DNA of 49,351 nucleotides from Patescibacteria group bacterium (GTDB taxonomy: Bacteria > Patescibacteriota > Minisyncoccia > Phycocordibacterales > JBAYGS01). The translations under genes were made by a program, and so were the position numbers. The stretch spans positions 7,099 through 56,449 of the forward strand of contig JBBTSQ010000025.1 in the NCBI GenBank assembly GCA_038078755.1, written 5' to 3'. Shown piece by piece: positions 23,565 through 31,024 of the stretch. Below the pieces are notes generated by a model. The model was given only the letters and a program-made list of their open reading frames with translations, was not told where the DNA came from and made no database searches. How positions within the stretch are numbered: position 1 is the first letter of the stretch; each line of letters opens with the position of its first letter.

Positions 23565-24188
23565 TCAGACAAACGCCACCATGCGATCGGGCGGGATGAT
23601 CGGAGGCATCGGGCGACCGGACACATAGGCTGCTTCCGCCTCAAGATCACGTTGCTCACGAACAGTCAGTAACCGTCTTTCACGGGGCGGCCAAAACGCC
23701 CAGTGATTCTGGGGTTGGAAGGGATAGATGTCCACCGAGACCTTGGTTGGGATCCGGTTGCCTACCACACCCCCACTCGTCACTTTGACCACCCGATCAA
23801 ACATCAGAAGTTCCGGTGTGTGTTTGATATGTTCACACCACCACGCCTTAACCTCTTCGATCTTGGCAGTGATTGACATCCAATCCACTTTTTCGCCGGA
23901 CTGATCCGCGCGATCGGCCAGGTGCCAAAAGATCTCAAAATGTTCTTCATACCAGCGATTGGGGTCGCCGTCAAAGTAAGGATCAGTGATTAGCCGTTCC
24001 TCGAGAGTATCCCGACCATCGTTACGAATCGTCTCGAGGTCGAGAGTATGGAACGGTCGGAAGGCAACGTATTCAAGCGTGTGTCGAACAAAATCACGCT
24101 CGACATCCACTCGTCCATCCGGCCCATTGATTGCCTGGATAAGCCACGGACACTGCCCGACCAATTCTTTCCACTTGTGCCATTTCAT
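23565..24188 (-). CDS. orphan hypothetical protein (207 aa)
   Basis: Start re-chosen at the ATG giving MKWHKW, preceded by AAGGAG. The longer ORF would cover its own promoter. Trp-rich, no family recognised. Confidence 0.5.
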   Translation of the reverse strand: MKWHKWKELVGQCPWLIQAINGPDGRVDVERDFVRHTLEYVAFRPFHTLDLETIRNDGRDTLEERLITDPYFDGDPNRWYEEHFEIFWHLADRADQSGEKVDWMSITAKIEEVKAWWCEHIKHTPELLMFDRVVKVTSGGVVGNRIPTKVSVDIYPFQPQNHWAFWPPRERRLLTVREQRDLEAEAAYVSGRPMPPIIPPDRMVAFV

Positions 24189-24273
24189 ACTGACTCCTTT
24201 CGCCATATAGGCTTTGGATTGTGAAGAACGCCGGCTTGGGGTGTACCCAATATCAACCGTATGTTCTATGTGT

Positions 24274-24302
24274 ATTATAGCATATCTGAATATAAAATGC
24301 AA
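24274..24302 (-). promoter_or_regulatory. promoter TTGCAT-17-TATAAT
   Basis: The minus strand reads TTGCATtttatattcagatatgcTATAAT. It is preceded by the palindrome AAGAATATGACTCTATAGAGCCATATTCTT. Confidence 0.55.
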
Positions 24303-24351
24303 GTATTTAATGCAAAAAGATAAGAATATGGCTCTATAGAGTCATATTCTA

Positions 24352-24390
24352 AGACAACAGCTCAACCAGGGACTGGTTGAGCTGTTGTCT
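24352..24390. repeat. perfect 17-bp hairpin
   Basis: AGACAACAGCTCAACCA-gggac-TGGTTGAGCTGTTGTCT. Confidence 0.8.
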
Positions 24391-24403
24391 GCAATCACCT
24401 TGG

Positions 24404-24569
24404 GTGCTGGGACCCAGGTGGCCGAAGACGGCCGGATCGGTCACGACTCTTGCCTCGTCGTCACTCGGCAAGGTCTCGACCCCAGCTCGCGGTTTCGCTT
24501 ACTAGCGAAACATCGCTCCGCTTTTCGAACCTGGGTCGCGAGCAAAGTAGTTTGCTCGCTTCCCAGCAC
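24404..24569 (+). other. tRNA-Phe-derived mirror element (tRNA-like multi-helix segment)
   Basis: The left end is an exact 16-nt copy of the tRNA-Phe 3' end. The right end is the inverted T-loop/acceptor part, interrupted by hairpin GCGAGCAAAGTAGTTTGCTCGC and preceded by hairpin GTTTCGCT..AGCGAAAC. Confidence 0.6.
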
Positions 24570-24608
24570 AAAATACAAAATCCGCCGATAAGGCGGATTT
24601 TGTATTTT
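24570..24608. terminator. perfect 17-bp bidirectional hairpin abutting the tRNA-Phe 3' end
   Basis: AAAATACAAAATCCGCC-gataa-GGCGGATTTTGTATTTT. Confidence 0.75.
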
Positions 24609-24609
24609 G

Positions 24610-24682
24610 TGCTGGGACCCAGGTTCGAACTGGGGACCCTTCCCTCTTCAGGGGAATGCTCTACCAACTGAGCTATCCCAGC
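24610..24682 (-). tRNA. tRNA-Phe (anticodon GAA)
   Basis: GCTGGGATAGCTCAGTTGGTAGAGCATTCCCCTGAAGAGGGAAGGGTCCCCAGTTCGAACCTGGGTCCCAGCA. Confidence 0.9.
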
Positions 24683-24775
24683 GTTATTAACTTACAACAA
24701 ACAACTGACAATCCAGACGCTTTGGTCGGGACTCCAACCAAAGCGTCGGAGCTTACAATTAAAAATACAATAACA

Positions 24776-25063
24776 TTATCTTCCGATTGATTTCAAAATC
24801 TCCGGAATGTCGGCAAACTGACTCTGCGCGCTTTTGACCGTACTGATACCGTCATTGACACCACTATAGACTTGTCCGAGCTGCTCCAAGTACGGCTGAA
24901 TAAAATAGTACGAACCAAATGACAGGCCCAAGATGACCAACCAGTAGAACAAACGCATAATCGAAGAAATTCGCGCGCTATTTCTAATCTTACGCAATAA
25001 CGTATTGTTCTCCTGCGTCAACGAAAGCGTCCGCTCTAACAATGATCGTTCCTCTGGGGTCAT
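24776..25063 (-). CDS. small membrane protein (95 aa)
   Basis: Start at the ATG giving MTPEERSLLERT; one or two TM helices (LFYWLVILGLSFGSYYFI). Confidence 0.45.
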   Translation of the reverse strand: MTPEERSLLERTLSLTQENNTLLRKIRNSARISSIMRLFYWLVILGLSFGSYYFIQPYLEQLGQVYSGVNDGISTVKSAQSQFADIPEILKSIGR

Positions 25064-25246
25064 GGGAATGAATATAGCATAATTGGAGACGACAGACAAT
25101 AAGACATTTAATACCTCGCCCATTAACAACCCATAGCACCAAGAAGATCATTCCAAAAAAGTCGAGTGAATTATTCTGAATACACCAATGAAAAAGACTC
25201 CCCTCACAACTACTTGCGGGGAAGCCTTGATGTACGCACAAGATGC

Positions 25247-25585
25247 TCAAGCTGTCAGGAGGAGTCTCTTAAATTTTGATTGCCATCTGGGACTATTTTG
25301 CCACTCATATCCCTTGGAACGCAACACCTCAGCAATATTTACCATCGTACGCGACCCAATCTCAGAAGCAGGGATACCCAGTAACTGAGGAAACTGTTTC
25401 TTGAGAGCTGGGATAACACAATCCCGCATCACCTGAGTAAAACCGGTTACAGAGTAGTAGTTGATACCAGGAAAGAGTGCGGAAACGAGTGGTATCAGCG
25501 CGTCAATACTTTTGTCCTTATCCTTCAAGGCGTCGTGTTTTTTGTCATTGACAAGCCACCAAATTACTACTATTTTGCATTTCAT
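25247..25585 (-). CDS. hypothetical protein (112 aa)
   Basis: ATG ORF; no motif recognised. Confidence 0.4.
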   Translation of the reverse strand: MKCKIVVIWWLVNDKKHDALKDKDKSIDALIPLVSALFPGINYYSVTGFTQVMRDCVIPALKKQFPQLLGIPASEIGSRTMVNIAEVLRSKGYEWQNSPRWQSKFKRLLLTA

Positions 25586-25711
25586 TTGATACCTCCGGTT
25601 TTGGGTTTAGGAATGTACTTACTTGAACCACAATAGTCCAAGATAGATTCCATTAAGATCATAGCATAAAGAAACAATTCTGTCCACCCAAAATTTAGCT
25701 TTATACATTTG

Positions 25712-25783
25712 TGCCCTCGGCCAGAGTTGCACTGACATTAGACCCTTAGGACGGGCCGGTTCTATCTGTTGAACTACGAGGGC
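25712..25783 (-). tRNA. atypical tRNA-Arg (anticodon CCU) candidate
   Basis: GCCCTCGTAGTTCAACAGATAGAACCGGCCCGTCCTAAGGGTCTAATGTCAGTGCAACTCTGGCCGAGGGCA. All four stems are good, but the D-loop lacks GG and the T-loop reads TGCAACT. Confidence 0.5.
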
Positions 25784-25825
25784 AATTAGCTACACCTGAG
25801 ACTATACCACTGATTCTCGTGAATT

Positions 25826-25861
25826 AAAAAGCCCCGTTCTGCGAAGCAGGACGGGGCTTTT
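25826..25861 (-). terminator. terminator after the nrdH-like gene
   Basis: AAAAGCCCCGTTCTGC-gaa-GCAGGACGGGGCTTTT. Confidence 0.75.
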
Positions 25862-25868
25862 CATGAAC

Positions 25869-26105
25869 CTATTTAACCCCCAGTACTGACTTCAATTCTC
25901 CCTCATCAAATCCCACCGTAAGCTTGCCGTCTATCTCAATCACCGGAACCCCCATCTGTCCGCTTTTCTCCACCATCTCCTTTCGCTTCTCCATATCAGT
26001 CGCCACATTATGTTCGGTGTACGCGATATTATGTTGCTTGAAAAACTCTTTTGCCATACCACAATAGTGACAAGTCGGGGTTGAATAGATAGTTACAGTT
26101 GCCAT
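25869..26105 (-). CDS. glutaredoxin-like protein (NrdH/Grx family)
   Basis: 78 aa with a CHYC redox motif after the first beta strand (TIYSTPTCHYCGMAKEFF). Confidence 0.8.
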   Translation of the reverse strand: MATVTIYSTPTCHYCGMAKEFFKQHNIAYTEHNVATDMEKRKEMVEKSGQMGVPVIEIDGKLTVGFDEGELKSVLGVK

Positions 26106-26162
26106 AAATGTTTACTTATATAATTTAATGAATAAGCTGGAATAGTATAGCATACATACTAT

Positions 26163-26285
26163 CTGTGCGGGTACCGGGAATCGACTATTACATAGTCAGG
26201 TGCTTTTCTCGTTTCGCAGACGAAACATAGAAAAGCCTTCCGATTCCCGCCGGAAGCAAAGCAGTTTGCTTCCTCACTCACACAG
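26163..26285 (+). other. tRNA-Gly-derived mirror element, homologous in design to 24404-24569
   Basis: Left arm CTGTGCGGGTACCGGGAATCG resembles the reverse complement of the tRNA-Gly 3' end. Right arm is TCCGATTCCCGCC + hairpin GGAAGCAAAGCAGTTTGCTTCC + TCACTCACACAG. Internal hairpin GTTTCG-caga-CGAAAC. Confidence 0.6.
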
Positions 26286-26308
26286 TCATTCGCTTCGCTC
26301 ATTACCTG

Positions 26309-26379
26309 TGCGAGTGGCGGGAATCGGACCCGCGCCCGATGCTTGGGAAGCACCAGTACTACCACTATACTACACTCGC
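26309..26379 (-). tRNA. tRNA-Gly (anticodon CCC)
   Basis: GCGAGTGTAGTATAGTGGTAGTACTGGTGCTTCCCAAGCATCGGGCGCGGGTCCGATTCCCGCCACTCGCA. Confidence 0.85.
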
Positions 26380-26419
26380 AACGTCATCATCCTAACATAC
26401 AGAAGTCGCCCCAAACAAT

Positions 26420-26794
26420 CTACCGTCGGAAAAGGCTTTTCAGTGCATCAAACGCGCTCGCCTTGGCTGGAACTACTTGCGTAGTCGTCCCCCGATCAAC
26501 TAACACCAGCATCTGTTCTCCTTCTTTTACCATGCCAAATTTCGTACGGATATCTGCCTCAATCCCCTCCTTTGTCTTTAGACGAGCAATGTCATTTTCT
26601 AATTGCCCTTTTCGAGACGACAACTCGCTGTGTTCACGCGCAACATCTTGATAGGCAGTGGTGCTCACCTGATATTTTTGATAGGCGCTGTAGGATGCTT
26701 TAGCGAGTATTCCCACAAGCACTACAAGTAGTACCACCGACAGTCGGGAGTATACTATTCGGCGAACTTTCTTACGGTGTTCAAACTCACGCAT
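26420..26794 (-). CDS. septum formation initiator (FtsB/DivIC family)
   Basis: N-terminal TM plus coiled coil, and a KEGIEADIRTKFGMVKEGEQ segment typical of the family. Confidence 0.65.
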   Translation of the reverse strand: MREFEHRKKVRRIVYSRLSVVLLVVLVGILAKASYSAYQKYQVSTTAYQDVAREHSELSSRKGQLENDIARLKTKEGIEADIRTKFGMVKEGEQMLVLVDRGTTTQVVPAKASAFDALKSLFRR

Positions 26795-27070
26795 AGGGTA
26801 AGTATAACAGGGAAGTACAAAGTAAAAAGTATGAAGTATGGGGAGAAAACCAAAAGATCAAATAACGACAACACCCCGCATTGGCAAAAAATGAAATGTT
26901 CGCTATACTACCCAGATGATTTTCAACAAGAAACACAAGAAGACGATCACCGTTATTTGGAGTATTGTTTGTGTCTTTATCATTATTAGTATGGTACTGC
27001 TCTATATCCCATCTCTCTGGCGATAGTACAAAAAAGTAAAGATTGCCTTCACAGACCGTAATCACAAGAA

Positions 27071-27106
27071 AAAACCACTTAGATGCAAATACACCTAAGT
27101 GGTTTT
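27071..27106 (-). terminator. terminator hairpin
   Basis: AAAACCACTTAG...CTAAGTGGTTTT overlapping the stop of the 27105-27359 ORF. Confidence 0.65.
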
Positions 27107-27359
27107 ACCAACGGGGATCTTTAACAAATGCCGTTCTGCGACTTGCGCGACGCAGAGTCAGGTGTCTTCCATCGCTTTTCACACTTCCACTACTCTCGGC
27201 ATCGGCACCAAATTGAGCAATGAACGCTTTTGCGATTTTTGATTGATGACATCGACACATCGTATCATCATTGGTCGCAGAGAGTATCGTGCAACATCCC
27301 GGATACTTACAAATCCGTTCGGGTGATTCGACTGGAGTAGATTTAACAGATCGTTCCAT
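27105..27359 (-). CDS. small Cys-rich (zinc-ribbon-like) protein (84 aa)
   Basis: Start at MERSVK. Contains CKYPGCC...CRCH. Lies downstream of lepA on the same strand. Confidence 0.4.
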   Translation of the reverse strand: MERSVKSTPVESPERICKYPGCCTILSATNDDTMCRCHQSKIAKAFIAQFGADAESSGSVKSDGRHLTLRRASRRTAFVKDPRW

Positions 27360-27484
27360 ACATCCTCCGTAGCAAAGTAATGAACCATATCCAGTCAAAA
27401 CAGTACTCCTATAGAGAGTAGAAGTCAACTATAATTTTTAGATCTGACCCGTCTTCTTATCTCTCTTGCTTCTGCTCTAGCATC

Positions 27485-29284
27485 TCATTCCCCCGTCCGC
27501 ATCATCTTCAAAAAGACGTCTTGTGGAATGTTCACCGTTCCACGATCCTTCATTCGTTTTTTACCCTCTTTTTGTGCCTCGCGCAATTTCATTTTTCGGG
27601 TAATGTCCCCGCCATACAAATAGCCCGTCACATCTTTCTTCATTGCAGACAATGTACGTGAAGACAAAATCCGCCCCATTGCTTTGCCTTGGATTTTAGT
27701 AGTAAACATCTGTCTTGGAAGCACATTAAAAAGTCGTTCCACTGCTTTCTCTGCGTCTTCTTGTGCTCGTTTACGAGAGACTACGCGGGTAAAGGCCGGC
27801 ACTGGCTCATCAGCAACCAAAATATCCAGTCGCACCACATCCGCCTCTCGCATTCCCTCCATTGCATACGAAATCGAAGCGAAACCAGAAGACACACTTT
27901 TGAGCTCATCAAAAAAGTTACGCATCAACTCGCGCAATGGCATCATCACCGTCACCGAATTGCGATTGTCTCCAAAATTTTCGGTCTCCCCAATCTCTGC
28001 CTCGTGCTCAAAAAGCTTTTGCAACACATCTCCCAAATATCGCATTGGGGTAATAATCTTCACCTTTGCCCATGGTTCAAAAATTTGCTCCACCAAATGC
28101 TCCTCCGGGAATTTTGATGGCGAGTATACTGTCTCGACTTTCCCCCCACGCAGATGCACTTCATAGGTAATGGTCGGACTAGTAATCACCAACTTGAGAT
28201 TAAATTCTCGTCGCAATCGTTCAGTGATAATCTCAAGATGCAACATTCCAAGAAATCCGCACCGAAAGCCCCGTCCGAGTGTGCCTGAAGATTCTTCTTC
28301 GTGGGTAAAGGATGAATCAGAAAGGCGAAGCTTTCCCAGCGCCTGTTTCAAAAAATCAAAATCATCCTGACTTTCAGGATAAATAGACGCCCACACCACC
28401 GGATTGGGACTCATATAGCCTGGAAAGGGTAACAATGGGTCCTTAAGCGCTGCCACGGTGTCACCCACCGAGGCAATCCCGGGTTGTTTAATGCCAGTCA
28501 CAATATACCCAATCTCGCCTTCACCAAGCGATTCCACTGGCACTTCGTGTGGAGAAAAAATCCCTGTTTCAAGTGCAAAAAATTTCTCGTCAGCGACTTT
28601 AAAAAGTAAGGCGTCACCTTTTGAAATCTTCCCGCCGAATACCCGAACATAGACCGTCACCCCGCGGTGGTTTGAGTATTGAAAATCAAAAACGAGTGAT
28701 CGAAATTGCCCCGAACTTTCTGTCTCGTGTTTGGGCGCCGGCACGCGAGTAATAATTTCATTCAAAAGCTCAATCACTCCTTGTCCGGTCTTGCCCGATA
28801 CTTCGAGAATATCCGAAAGTGGCACGCCAAGTAGAAGCGCGATTTCTTCTTTGACCTCCGCTACTCGTGCGAGCGGTGAATCAATTTTCGACACCACCGG
28901 TACAATGGTCAGTCCCGCCTCACGTGCCATCCCAAGAGTGGTCAAGGTCTGCGCCTGCACTCCCTGTGTGGCATCGACTAACAAAATTGAACCCTCGACC
29001 GCTTTGAGCGCCCGAGATACTTCGTACGAAAAGTCGATGTGTCCGGGAGTATCGATCAAATTCATCACATACTCCTGACCATCTTTAGTGTGCTTCATTC
29101 GCACTGGTTGCATTTTGATGGTAATCCCTCGCTCGCGCTCAAGCTCCATACTATCAAGCACCTGCGCCATCATTTTGCGCTTTTCAATGGTGTGCGTCAG
29201 CTCAAGCATCCGGTCGGCAAGCGTCGACTTGCCGTGGTCAATGTGAGCAATAATGCTGAAATTTCTGATAAAACGAGATTCCAT
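27485..29284 (-). CDS. lepA: translation elongation factor 4 (LepA)
   Basis: AHIDHGKST and DTPGHIDF GTPase motifs with a LepA C-terminal domain; 599 aa. Confidence 0.95.
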   Translation of the reverse strand: MESRFIRNFSIIAHIDHGKSTLADRMLELTHTIEKRKMMAQVLDSMELERERGITIKMQPVRMKHTKDGQEYVMNLIDTPGHIDFSYEVSRALKAVEGSILLVDATQGVQAQTLTTLGMAREAGLTIVPVVSKIDSPLARVAEVKEEIALLLGVPLSDILEVSGKTGQGVIELLNEIITRVPAPKHETESSGQFRSLVFDFQYSNHRGVTVYVRVFGGKISKGDALLFKVADEKFFALETGIFSPHEVPVESLGEGEIGYIVTGIKQPGIASVGDTVAALKDPLLPFPGYMSPNPVVWASIYPESQDDFDFLKQALGKLRLSDSSFTHEEESSGTLGRGFRCGFLGMLHLEIITERLRREFNLKLVITSPTITYEVHLRGGKVETVYSPSKFPEEHLVEQIFEPWAKVKIITPMRYLGDVLQKLFEHEAEIGETENFGDNRNSVTVMMPLRELMRNFFDELKSVSSGFASISYAMEGMREADVVRLDILVADEPVPAFTRVVSRKRAQEDAEKAVERLFNVLPRQMFTTKIQGKAMGRILSSRTLSAMKKDVTGYLYGGDITRKMKLREAQKEGKKRMKDRGTVNIPQDVFLKMMRTGE

Positions 29285-29317
29285 AGGGCAATACTAACAG
29301 AAATTGATAAAAAGGAA

Positions 29318-29571
29318 AGAATGGCTACACAGAGCCATATTTTTGACTTTCTGCCGTGGCGTGGCTCAACATAGCCATAAAAGTGCTGAACGGCTCACTC
29401 CCGCACAGTTTGCGGAAGTGAGCCGTTCAGGCATTTCATGGCTCTACTACAATACCGTTTGGAAAATTTTGATACGGTTTTTGACGAGGTGATTTTTAGC
29501 GCTTTTTGGTAAAAATTAGTTTAAAGGCTCAACCCTAAATAGCCTGTCGGGTTGAGCCTTTAAACTAATTT
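29318..29571. repeat. GAGCC/GGCTC modular hairpin repeat, copy C (body inverted relative to copy A)
   Basis: Terminal 23-bp stem AAATTAGTTTAAAGGCTCAACCC/GGGTTGAGCCTTTAAACTAATTT at 29513-29571. Body stem AGTGAGCCGTTCAG/CTGAACGGCTCACT. Opposite end ACAGAGCCATATTTTTGAC. Confidence 0.8.
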
Positions 29572-29645
29572 CGGTGAATTTTCCTTCTGGTTGTCAGTTG
29601 TTTGTTGTGAGTTGTGAGTCTGTTCTCTATCTCCCATCCGCATCC

Positions 29646-30629
29646 TCACTCCTCATCATCTGTCCCCGAAATAGTTTCTGGGTGTTGCATCTTTACTGAC
29701 ACGGTATCAGTAATATCATCAATTTCTCCACGAAAAATCCCCGCGATATTATGCCATGACTGTTTAATGCGATGATCGGTCACTCGGTCTTGAAGCACGT
29801 TGTACGTGCGAATTTTTTCTGAACGATCAGCAGTGCCGATCTGCTCTTTACGAGCTGAAGCGAATTTTTGCGCCTCTTGCTGTTCATACAACACCTCAAG
29901 TTTTGCCTGCAAAATGGACAGTGCTTTTTCACGATTCTTCGCCTGACTGCGTTCGGATGTACACCGGACATCAATACCGGTAGGTCGATGGATCAATCGC
30001 ACTGCTGTCTCTACCTTGTTGACGTTCTGCCCTCCCGCCCCGCCGGAGCGAGAAAATTCCATATCGAGATCAGCGGGATTAATTTGAAATTTGTGTTTTT
30101 TGCGTATCGGCAAAATCGCCACTGACGCGGTGGAGGTATGTACCCTACCAATCTTTTCAGTTGCCGGCACTCGTTGAATGCGATGTACCCCCGTCTCATA
30201 TCGCAATTTTTCGTACACTCCCTTGCCCTTAATTTCAAAACTGGCTTCTTTGTAGCCATCAAGATTGGCCAGTGACTCCGCCATTTTCATACAGGTCCAA
30301 CCTTTGGAGAGCGCGTACTTTTGATATATCTCCGAAAGTTCCCGCGCAAACAGCGCCGCTTCATCACCCCCCGCCCCCGCTCGCACTTCAAGAATAATTT
30401 CATTAGGTAACTCTTCTTCTACCTGTTCAGAGGCGACAATGTCTTCCATTTGTTTCAATAACTCTTTTTTCTGTTGTTCGAGCGTTGCGAGCTCTTCTAC
30501 AGCCAATTCCCGCATTGATGGATCGGTCTTCGACAATTCCAAAAGATGCGCTTCTTCCTTGAGCGCCGTCTCGTATGCCTCTGCCAAATACATCGTCTTT
30601 GGATTTTTTTTGAATTCCTCGATAGTCAT
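29646..30629 (-). CDS. prfA: peptide chain release factor 1
   Basis: PAT tripeptide (RVPATE) and GGQ ([11 protein letters not shown]). ATG start at 30629 preferred over the upstream TTG. Confidence 0.9.
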   Translation of the reverse strand: MTIEEFKKNPKTMYLAEAYETALKEEAHLLELSKTDPSMRELAVEELATLEQQKKELLKQMEDIVASEQVEEELPNEIILEVRAGAGGDEAALFARELSEIYQKYALSKGWTCMKMAESLANLDGYKEASFEIKGKGVYEKLRYETGVHRIQRVPATEKIGRVHTSTASVAILPIRKKHKFQINPADLDMEFSRSGGAGGQNVNKVETAVRLIHRPTGIDVRCTSERSQAKNREKALSILQAKLEVLYEQQEAQKFASARKEQIGTADRSEKIRTYNVLQDRVTDHRIKQSWHNIAGIFRGEIDDITDTVSVKMQHPETISGTDDEE

Positions 30630-30691
30630 AATCGTTTCGCCAGAAATGGAAAAACTCAAAGCACGTCGCTTTGAGTTTTTCGTGAGATTCG

Positions 30692-30922
30692 TTATTTCTT
30701 CTTTGTGGCGGCCTTGGTCGATGTCTTGGTGGCGCGAGCCTTGAATTTCTCCACTCGGCCGGCAGAGTCGATCACCTTGTCATTGCCCGTAAAATACGGG
30801 TGGCAGGCGCTACAAATTTCCACTTCAATCTTTGGCATCGTAGAACCAAAGGCAAATGCCGTCCCGCACGCGCAGGTAATGGCTGATTTCTCTGTATATG
30901 TTGGGTGAATATCTACTTTCAT
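30692..30922 (-). CDS. rpmE: 50S ribosomal protein L31 (zinc-binding type)
   Basis: [23 protein letters not shown]. Confidence 0.9.
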   Translation of the reverse strand: MKVDIHPTYTEKSAITCACGTAFAFGSTMPKIEVEICSACHPYFTGNDKVIDSAGRVEKFKARATKTSTKAATKKK

Positions 30923-31024
30923 AGCGGGTAGTATAGCATAGGAATGAAAAGGGTGCAACGGGGCAATACATACGACGAAGTATAGAGAAAAAGAGACAAA
31001 ATAATTAAAAAGACCTACCGAAGA

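Noticed and set aside
24404-24421. Primer-binding-site idea: the left arm of the Phe mirror element is complementary to the mature tRNA-Phe 3' end, like a retroelement PBS
   Set aside because: The match to an added CCA end is imperfect (GGG instead of TGG). The equivalent arm at tRNA-Gly copies the genomic trailer (CAG) rather than CCA. No reverse transcriptase is present. A genomic duplication explains it better.
24385-24671. ORFs across the tRNA-Phe locus (24385-24591, 24450-24671, 24461-24667), and likewise 26159-26365 and 26200-26484 at tRNA-Gly and 18386-18634 across tRNA-Ser/Val
   Set aside because: They read straight through tRNA genes and tRNA-derived repeats, use TTG or GTG starts, and have no coding signature.
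26787-27065. 92-aa ORF upstream of the ftsB-like gene
   Set aside because: It overlaps the ftsB-like start and a word tract, has an odd composition (Asn/Thr/Phe runs), and has no ribosome-binding site or motif. It is more likely non-coding spacer.
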